The position numbers were made by a program, and so were the translations under genes. From Candidatus Marinacidobacterium sp. (GTDB lineage: Bacteria > Acidobacteriota > Vicinamibacteria > Marinacidobacterales > Marinacidobacteraceae): 64,000 nt of DNA. Below the pieces are notes generated by a model. It had not been told where the DNA came from. It worked only from the letters and a program-made list of their open reading frames with translations, and ran no database searches. Below are positions 57,484-64,000 of this stretch, one piece after another (position 1 is the first letter of the stretch; every line of letters begins with the position of its first letter). Location: assembly GCA_965204755.1 (NCBI GenBank), contig OZ242011.1, forward strand, positions 2,368,001 through 2,432,000, written 5' to 3'.

Positions 57484-58306
57484 TCCCGACGAGCGCCGCA
57501 GGCCCATCCTGCTCAAGGACATCTGGCCCATGGCTGACCTGCGCGAGTACAAACTCCACTTCGCCGTGTACAACGGCAAACACCAGCCTCTGGATGTCTG
57601 GGTCCGAAACCCGGAGGATTGGCACGGATGGCAGGCCTATCGCCCGCACCGTAACGAGTTCAACCGACCCTACATCTTCTCAGTCATGGATTTCTATCGG
57701 GAAAGGGACATCTGGCTCTTTGGCGGTATCTTCCGGGTCGTTGCTCGCCACGCGGATCGCTACGAAGTGGAGTTGACTTCGCGCGGCGCACCCCTCATCG
57801 GCCGACTGAAACTCAAGTCCGACTACCGGGAGCGGCTCAGGCGAGTCAAGTTCGAGAACCACTACGAATCTCTCGAAGTTGCCGAGGTTCTCCGGGAGCC
57901 CTTCTCCGGGAGAGTTTTTCCGGGGTACGAGAGCATCGATCTCACTTTTCCGGAACTTGAGAATCTGGTGGCCCGCCAACGGCCCGATTGGAGATCTGCG
58001 CTATCTCATGTGAACGGCGTGTATCTCGTCACTGACACGGCGACAGGTAAGCGTTATGTCGGATCCGCTTACGGCAACGACGGGATCTGGGGGCGTTGGG
58101 CCGCGTACGCGCAGTCCGGTCACGGCGGGAACAAACAACTCCGCGAGTTGGTTGGGCGAGACCTGACCTATCCCCGGGCGCACTTCCGCTACACGCTGCT
58201 GGAGTTCTTCCCGTTCGGGACGCCGGATGCGGTGGTGATCGGCCGCGAGGGATTCTGGAAGGATGTCCTGTTGACGCGGGGGAAGTTCGGCCTCAACAGC
58301 AACTGA
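57476..58306 (+). CDS. GIY-YIG nuclease family protein
   Basis: GVYLVTD...KRYVGSA, GIWGRW, GHGGN, REGFWKDVL...GLN; overlaps the upstream gene by 8 nt. Confidence 0.88.
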   Translation: MSDPDERRRPILLKDIWPMADLREYKLHFAVYNGKHQPLDVWVRNPEDWHGWQAYRPHRNEFNRPYIFSVMDFYRERDIWLFGGIFRVVARHADRYEVELTSRGAPLIGRLKLKSDYRERLRRVKFENHYESLEVAEVLREPFSGRVFPGYESIDLTFPELENLVARQRPDWRSALSHVNGVYLVTDTATGKRYVGSAYGNDGIWGRWAAYAQSGHGGNKQLRELVGRDLTYPRAHFRYTLLEFFPFGTPDAVVIGREGFWKDVLLTRGKFGLNSN

Positions 58307-58389
58307 CCTCCCCGACAACTCGGAGGCCGGCGAACGAGCGGTTCGCTTCTCGGGGCTGCGGGGGCGGTCCGCCGGCCCGCCCCGCAGAG

Positions 58390-58995
58390 TCAGCGCGGGC
58401 GGGTGCCGCCGGTGGAGGTGGCTTCGAAGCGCCAGTCGGAGTAGCGGCGGGCGCCCTGGTAGACGCGGAAACTGAGGAGGCCGCTCTCGCTGGCGACGCC
58501 GATGATGCCGGAGGGGGTGGCGGCGGCCTCGGACGGGCCTTCTTCGCGGGCCTCGGTCGGCAGGGCTTCGGTGAGGCCGGGGCGTTCCATGAGGAGGGTC
58601 GGGTCTCCTTCCGCCGGGTTGGGGGGCGGCAGGGGGCGCGCGCCCGGCCCCGTGCCGCCGGCGGAGGCGCCGCCCTCCCGGCGCAGGAGGCGGAAGGGGC
58701 GGCCGGTGAACGGGTCGAGCCAGGCGCGGCGCAGGTACTTCTCTTCCACGAGTTGCTCCAGACTCTCGGGGAGCGTTCCGGGGCGGGTTTCGGAAAACCT
58801 TTCGATGGCCCGCACCACGGCTTCGCCCCGGAACAGCAACTCCGCTTCGCGTTCGCGCTGCAGGACCCGGCTCCACAGCGTGTTCGCGACCAACAGGCCG
58901 ATGCCGACCAAGTTCACGCCGACCAGCACGCCGAAGAGGACGAAACCGGCCGCGCCGCCGCCGGCGTTCTGCGCGCTCGCGGCGCGGCTCACCAT
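58390..58995 (-). CDS. type II secretion pseudopilin-like protein
   Basis: G|FVL hydrophobic N-terminal helix, REREAELLFRG, PESLEQLV, YLRRAWLDPFTG, YSDWRF. Confidence 0.8.
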   Translation of the reverse strand: MVSRAASAQNAGGGAAGFVLFGVLVGVNLVGIGLLVANTLWSRVLQREREAELLFRGEAVVRAIERFSETRPGTLPESLEQLVEEKYLRRAWLDPFTGRPFRLLRREGGASAGGTGPGARPLPPPNPAEGDPTLLMERPGLTEALPTEAREEGPSEAAATPSGIIGVASESGLLSFRVYQGARRYSDWRFEATSTGGTRPR

Positions 58996-59435
58996 TCTCG
59001 GTAGGGGCGGCCGTCGGTGCCGACTTCGGTGGATCTGCTCCGGACATCGGAGACGCCGGAGACCGCGCTCGGGAACAGCGGGTCGTAGTCGTCGCGGACT
59101 TCTTCCCAGAGGATCGAATCCGTCATCGGGTCTTCGGGCACTTCCCGCAAGTACCCGGTGACCACGAGTTCCGCGAGACTGTCCGGGTACTGGTCCCGGT
59201 CCGCCCGGTATTGGTCCAGCCGCTCGCGCAGCACCGCCAAGTTGTGCTGAAGCACGGCTTCCTTCGCCTTCACGATCTGCGCCTGGTAGCGGGGAAGGGC
59301 GATCCCGAACAGGACGCCGAGCACCAGCAGCACCAGCACCATCTCGAGGAAACTGAACCCGGCGGCGGGTTTCGCCGCGGACGGCCGGCCGGACCTTCCG
59401 GCGGGTTTCCGGGCGGGGAGCGGCGTTGTCACCAT
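58989..59435 (-). CDS. GspG-like pseudopilin
   Basis: GFSFLEMV prepilin motif, AKEAVL, YPDSLAELV, PEDPMT, DGRPYREW. Confidence 0.88.
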   Translation of the reverse strand: MVTTPLPARKPAGRSGRPSAAKPAAGFSFLEMVLVLLVLGVLFGIALPRYQAQIVKAKEAVLQHNLAVLRERLDQYRADRDQYPDSLAELVVTGYLREVPEDPMTDSILWEEVRDDYDPLFPSAVSGVSDVRSRSTEVGTDGRPYREW

Positions 59436-59941
59436 GAGCGGTATCTCGTTCCGTCGAGCGCGATTCCCGGAGAAGCGGAGCGGAGGTCGTACACATTCTC
59501 GCCGCCCCAGGAGAGTCGGCCCGGGTCGTCCTGGTGCGACCGCAACAGCCAGTCCGCTCTCCCGGTGATCGGGTCCACCGGCACGCGGCGAAGGAAACGC
59601 AGCACCGTCGGCCGTCCGTACTCGTCGTCCGGCCCGGGCGCGCCCTCCACCAGCGTGTCCAGGTCGGGCGGGTAGTTCCGGTGCTCCGGCTCGAGGAAGT
59701 CGGCAGAGATCTCGCCGGCTTCCGCCGCTCGGTGGTACCCGTCTATCGCGGAGCGCACCGACCGCAGCGTGCGCCGGAGTTCCACTTCCTTCACGCGCAC
59801 CGAAGTCACTTTCGCCACCGGCACGATGGCGAGCGCCAGCACGGCGAGGATCCCGGCGGCGACGACGAGTTCGACCAGCGTGAACCCCGCCGACCGGCCC
59901 GGCGCCGGTCGGTTCGGGGACGGACGGAAGCGCGGCGGCAC
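59429..59941 (-). CDS. GspG-like pseudopilin
   Basis: GFTLVELV prepilin motif, KEVELR, YPPDLDTLVEG, FLRRVPVDPITG, DGTRYRSW. Confidence 0.88.
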   Translation of the reverse strand: MPPRFRPSPNRPAPGRSAGFTLVELVVAAGILAVLALAIVPVAKVTSVRVKEVELRRTLRSVRSAIDGYHRAAEAGEISADFLEPEHRNYPPDLDTLVEGAPGPDDEYGRPTVLRFLRRVPVDPITGRADWLLRSHQDDPGRLSWGGENVYDLRSASPGIALDGTRYRSW

Positions 59942-59944
59942 GAC

Positions 59945-61213
59945 TCAGAACTGGGGCACGGAGGCCAAACCGAACAGCGGCAGGTAGATCGCTAGCAGCA
60001 CCAGCGCCACGAATCCGCCAAGGATCACGAGCACTACGGGCGTGAGCAGGCTGAGCAGCACGGCGACCCGGTTCTCCACCACCTCGTCGTTGAAGTCGCT
60101 GACCGAGAGCACCATCCGCGCGAGGTCCCCGGTGCTCTCGCCGACCCGCACCATCTGCAGCGCGAAACCGGGGACTTCACCGGAGCCGTCGAGCGTGTCG
60201 GCCAGCGACCGGCCCTGCCGGATCTCGTCCGCGGTCGGCGCCATCGCGGCGCGGAAGTGGCGGTTCGAGACCGCTCCCGCGGCGACCGGCAGCGCGCCGG
60301 CGAGCGGCATTCCCCCGGCGAGGAGCGTGCCGAGCGCACGGCAGAACTGGGAGACCGAGTAGAGCCGGAGGACTTCCCCCACGGCCGGGAGCGAGAGCGC
60401 GAACCGGTCGCGGAGCCGCGCGGCGCCGTCGGTGCGCGAGAAGAAGTAGGCCGCGAGCGCCGCGGCCGCGACTGCGCCGGCCACCCAGGCCAGGCGGTCG
60501 CGCAGGAACTCGGCGGCGCCGAGGAGCGCCCGGGTCAGCGGCGGCAACTGCTGGTCGAAGCCGGCGAAGAAGGGGATGAAACTCGGCACGACGCCCAGCA
60601 GCAGGAAGCCGGCGGTGCCGAGCAGGGCCGCGAGCAGGAACGCCGGATACACCAGCGCCGCCGCCAGGTTCGACCGCGCCTTGACCGCCACCCTCATCGC
60701 CGCCGTGAACCGCTCGATCATCCCGGCGAGGTCGCCGCTCGACTCGCCGGCGCGGAGGCAGGCGGAATAGACGCCGGGGAAGAAGCGGTGGCGGGCGGCG
60801 GCCTCGCTCAGCGGCGCTCCGGCGCGCACCTCGGCGAGCATCGCGGAAACGGCGGCGCGGAGCGTGGGGTGGTCCATCCGCTCCACCATGATGGCGAGCG
60901 ACTCGGCGAGCGGGAGGCCGGCGCGGAGCAGCGCCGCGAGTTCCTGGTTGAACAGCAGGACCTCCCGGGGCTTGACCCGGCGCCGGCGGAAGCGGAATCC
61001 CGGAGCGCTTCCCGCCGCTTCGGCCGGGCGCGCGGCGGCCCGGTCGCGCGTTCGCCGGAAGAGTCTCTCGAACCGGCCGAGGCGGACGACGGACAGGACG
61101 CGATGGCCCCGCTCGGCCAGCCGGGCGCGGGCTTCGTCGGCGCTGCGCGCGGCCACGCGCAGCCGCGCCAACTCCCCGCCGGGGTCGCCGATCTGGCAGA
61201 GGTACTCGGGCAT
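59945..61213 (-). CDS. type II secretion system F / PilC family inner-membrane platform protein
   Basis: FNQELAALLRAGLPL, AGESSG, LVYP, MVRVGESTG, LAIYLPLF. Confidence 0.92.
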   Translation of the reverse strand: MPEYLCQIGDPGGELARLRVAARSADEARARLAERGHRVLSVVRLGRFERLFRRTRDRAAARPAEAAGSAPGFRFRRRRVKPREVLLFNQELAALLRAGLPLAESLAIMVERMDHPTLRAAVSAMLAEVRAGAPLSEAAARHRFFPGVYSACLRAGESSGDLAGMIERFTAAMRVAVKARSNLAAALVYPAFLLAALLGTAGFLLLGVVPSFIPFFAGFDQQLPPLTRALLGAAEFLRDRLAWVAGAVAAAALAAYFFSRTDGAARLRDRFALSLPAVGEVLRLYSVSQFCRALGTLLAGGMPLAGALPVAAGAVSNRHFRAAMAPTADEIRQGRSLADTLDGSGEVPGFALQMVRVGESTGDLARMVLSVSDFNDEVVENRVAVLLSLLTPVVLVILGGFVALVLLAIYLPLFGLASVPQF

Positions 61214-61272
61214 CGGAACCGGGAAGGGATGGTACGCGCCGGTTACACTCGCGCGGACGCCGAACCGCCGCC

Positions 61273-61785
61273 GTGAGCCGCAAGAAGACGACCCGCCGCA
61301 AACGCCGCAGCCGGGGCGCCGGGGCGCGCGGGGCCTCCGCCGCGCCGGGGCAGGTCCTCGCGGAGAACCGCCGCGCCCGGCGGCTGTTCACCGTGCTGGA
61401 GCGGTTCGAAGCGGGGATCGCGCTCACCGGCGCCGAAGTGAAGTCCTGCCGGATGGGCGGCGCCAACCTGAAGGACTCCTACGGACGGGAGCGGAACGGG
61501 GAACTGTTCCTGGTGAATTGCCACATCGCCCCCTACGCCCACGCGGCGGCGAACCGGGACGACCCGGACCGGAACCGCAAACTGCTCCTCCACGCGGCCG
61601 AGATGAAGCGCATCGCCGGGCAACTGGCGACCGCGGGGCTGACCTTGGTCCCGCTCCGCATCTATGTGCGGAACGGGTGGATCAAGGTGCAGGTGGCGCT
61701 GGCGAAGGGCCGCAGCGTGCGCGACCGTCGCGAGGCGGTTCGCGAACGCGAGGCGCAGCGGGAGGTCCGGGAAGCGCTCGGTTGA
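61273..61785 (+). CDS. smpB: SsrA-binding protein
   Basis: ENRRAR, FEAGIALTGAEVKS, HIAPY, RNRKLLLH, GLTLVPL, LAKG...DRRE. Confidence 0.95.
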   Translation: MSRKKTTRRKRRSRGAGARGASAAPGQVLAENRRARRLFTVLERFEAGIALTGAEVKSCRMGGANLKDSYGRERNGELFLVNCHIAPYAHAAANRDDPDRNRKLLLHAAEMKRIAGQLATAGLTLVPLRIYVRNGWIKVQVALAKGRSVRDRREAVREREAQREVREALG

Positions 61786-61935
61786 CGCCGCGCGCGGGAC
61801 TCGGGCGTCCGGGGCGGCGGCGGAACCGCCGGTCTCCGGCGGCCTTCGGCGGGCGCGGCAGGTTCCCGGCCTCCTCCATCGAGTCGCCGCGCCGCGCATC
61901 GGCGGGCCGGGCCGTCGGCCGCTATATTGGTTGCG

Positions 61936-62943
61936 ATGGCCGAACCTCCGGGCCCGAAACCCTACGGCGCTCGCTGGCGCCGAGTCGCCGACCTGCCGAC
62001 TGCCGCCGAGACTTGGGGTGTATCCACTTATCGGGAGGTGGTCGAGGAATGGCGCGAAGTCCGGCGGAACTTGGAAGATCGGAAGGTCGGCCGTGAACTC
62101 ATGGACATCTGGCTCCGGGAGCGGAAGCGCGCCTTCGCCATCGAGACGGGACAGATCGAGGATCTCTACCTCCTCCGCCGCGGCGTGGCGGAACATCTCA
62201 TCGCCGAGGGTTTCGAAGGAGTGCGGGGCGCCCACAGCGTCACGGGAGAACTCGACGACGACACGCTTCGCGGGCTCCTCGAAGACCAGGAAGAGACGCT
62301 CGAGATCGTCTTCGACATGGCCAAAGGCGGAACCCCGCTGAGCCACACGACGATCAAGGGGCTTCACGCGATCCTGACGCGGCATCAGGAGACGGCGGCG
62401 GGCATTCACGGTCTCACCGGCGAACGGATCCAGATTCCGCTGAGGAAGGGCGACTACAAGATCCGGCCGAACAACCCGCGCCGCCACGACGGCTTCGTCC
62501 ATGAGTATTGCCCGCCGGAGCAAGTGGACTCCGAGATGGATGCGTTCCTCGAGTTCCACCGTTCTCACGCGAAGAGCGATCTGCCGACGGAAGTGGAGGC
62601 GGCGTGGATGCATCACGCCTTCGTCCGCATCCACCCGTTTCAGGACGGCAACGGGCGCATTTCCCGGCTCTTGGTGGCCTATGTCTTCGTGCGGAACGGC
62701 GAGTTCCCACCGGTGGTTCCGTCGGAGGGAAAGCCGATCTACATCCGCACGCTGGAAGCGGCGGACGACGGGAACCTGCAGCCGTTCATCGAGTACTTGG
62801 CTTTGCGTTCCCAAGAGAGCACTCGGGACGCCGCTCTCGTAGGCCGACAGATCCTCGAGGGACATAACCACCTGCGGCATGGCAACGGCGGGATCACGGT
62901 CAACGGGAAGTACTACCCGCCCCTGGAAGGACTTCCGGTCTGA
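61936..62943 (+). CDS. Fic family protein, copy 1
   Basis: HPFQDGNGRISR catalytic motif; AIETGQIED. Confidence 0.92.
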   Translation: MAEPPGPKPYGARWRRVADLPTAAETWGVSTYREVVEEWREVRRNLEDRKVGRELMDIWLRERKRAFAIETGQIEDLYLLRRGVAEHLIAEGFEGVRGAHSVTGELDDDTLRGLLEDQEETLEIVFDMAKGGTPLSHTTIKGLHAILTRHQETAAGIHGLTGERIQIPLRKGDYKIRPNNPRRHDGFVHEYCPPEQVDSEMDAFLEFHRSHAKSDLPTEVEAAWMHHAFVRIHPFQDGNGRISRLLVAYVFVRNGEFPPVVPSEGKPIYIRTLEAADDGNLQPFIEYLALRSQESTRDAALVGRQILEGHNHLRHGNGGITVNGKYYPPLEGLPV

Positions 62944-63063
62944 TTCGACCGGTCCTCCCCGGCGATCGCTCGACACGGGCGCGGCCCCGGGGAGGCCGCA
63001 CGCAGCGGATCGAGTGCTGCCCGCCCGTTGGCGGGTTCGGCGACGGGCGGCTATATTGGTTCG

Positions 63064-64000
63064 ATGGCTGAACCTCCGGGCCCGAAGCCCTACGGAGCCC
63101 GCTGGCGCCCGGTCGCCGATTTGCCGGCCGATGCCGAGGGATGGGGCTCGCGTGGGTATCGAGAGGCCCTCGAGGAATGGGGTGCTGTCCGCCGCGAAAT
63201 GGAAGACCGGAAGACGAACCGATACCTCCTGGACATTCGGCGGAAGGAGCGCGCTCGGGCCCTCGCCATCGAGACCGGTCAGATCGAAGGTCTCTATCTG
63301 CTGCGCCGGGGTGTGACGGAGCGATTGGTTACGGAGGGCTTCGAGAGTGTGCGGGGCGCGAACAACGTCGCCGGAGAACTCGACGACGACACGCTTCGCG
63401 GGCTTCTCGAGGACCAGCAGGAGACCCTCGAGATCGTGTGCGGCATGGCGAAGCGCGGGGCGCCACTGAGCCATACGACGATCAAGGGGCTTCACGCGAT
63501 CTTGACGCGGCGTCAGGAGACGGCGGTGGGCATTCACGGCTTGACGGGCGAGCGCGTCGAGATCCCGCTGCGGAAGGGGGACTACAAGATCCGGCCGAAC
63601 AACCCGCGCCGCCGGGACGGCCATGTCCACGAGTACTGTTCCCCGGAGCAGGTGGACTCGGAGATGGACGCGTTCCTCGCGTTCCATCGTTCGCACGCCG
63701 ATCGGGAATTGCCGACCGAAGTCGAGGCGGCGTGGATCCACCACGAGTTCGTCCGCATCCACCCGTTCCAAGACGGCAACGGCCGGATGTCCCGACTGCT
63801 CGTGGCGTATGTCTTCGCCCGGAACGAGGAGTTAATCCCGTTGATCACCGCGACCGGTCGAGGCCACTACATCGAAATGCTCGAGATCGCTGACGACGGC
63901 GACCTCCGTCCGTTCGTCAAGTATCTGGCCGACCTCGCCATGCTGAACACCCACTATGTGGCCGTGCTGGGACAGCAGATACTCAAGGGCCGCGACCGCC
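63064..64000 (+). CDS. Fic family protein, copy 2 (runs off window)
   Basis: Not in ORF track. Manual translation MAEPPGPKPYGARWRP...AIETGQIEG...HPFQDGNGRMSR; close paralog of copy 1. Confidence 0.9.
   Translation, partial: MAEPPGPKPYGARWRPVADLPADAEGWGSRGYREALEEWGAVRREMEDRKTNRYLLDIRRKERARALAIETGQIEGLYLLRRGVTERLVTEGFESVRGANNVAGELDDDTLRGLLEDQQETLEIVCGMAKRGAPLSHTTIKGLHAILTRRQETAVGIHGLTGERVEIPLRKGDYKIRPNNPRRRDGHVHEYCSPEQVDSEMDAFLAFHRSHADRELPTEVEAAWIHHEFVRIHPFQDGNGRMSRLLVAYVFARNEELIPLITATGRGHYIEMLEIADDGDLRPFVKYLADLAMLNTHYVAVLGQQILKGRDR

Noticed and set aside
50246-57649. 2467-aa minus-strand ORF and other very long ORFs (4347-7382, 7277-11164, 53692-57483, 47284-50016, 61243-63771)
   Set aside because: Antisense or frame-shifted shadows of clear genes. 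Arg/Pro/Gly/Ala-rich with no motifs, as expected when stop codons are rare at this GC content.
61786-61935. tmRNA (ssrA) expected after smpB
   Set aside because: Only 150 nt, with no tRNA-like GGGG...CCACCA ends.

Overview
A very GC-rich bacterial chromosomal segment, probably Acidobacteriota (inferred from an ADOP-type duplicated permease, a CRTAC1/ASPIC-UnbV protein and the pseudopilin cluster). The housekeeping backbone comprises trmB, a natA/natB-like ABC exporter, an Xaa-Pro aminopeptidase, a PlsB-like acyltransferase, proS, folC, accD, a GT2, an FAD/Fe-S oxidoreductase, gspF/pilC with three pseudopilins, and smpB. It is interrupted by several small defence-type islets, most visibly lower in GC, with no integrase or transposase nearby. 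The most striking is a stand-alone 1503-aa reverse transcriptase-nitrilase fusion (14468-18979, DRT1/UG1-like architecture) with an FADD active site and an ~800-aa uncharacterised middle region. The others are: a C5-MTase plus MORC/GHKL-PD-(D/E)XK pair converging on a GmrSD plus N4/N6-MTase pair whose 5' end carries a 26-nt homopolymer; a Type III R-M system; a zinc-ribbon NYN nuclease behind a structured leader; a SocA-like plus GIY-YIG pair; a 912-aa repeat-expanded protein with a possible RelE-like C-terminus; and tandem Fic paralogs after smpB. I found no rRNA, tRNA, tmRNA or CRISPR array. All calls come from reading motifs by eye; no database searches were run.
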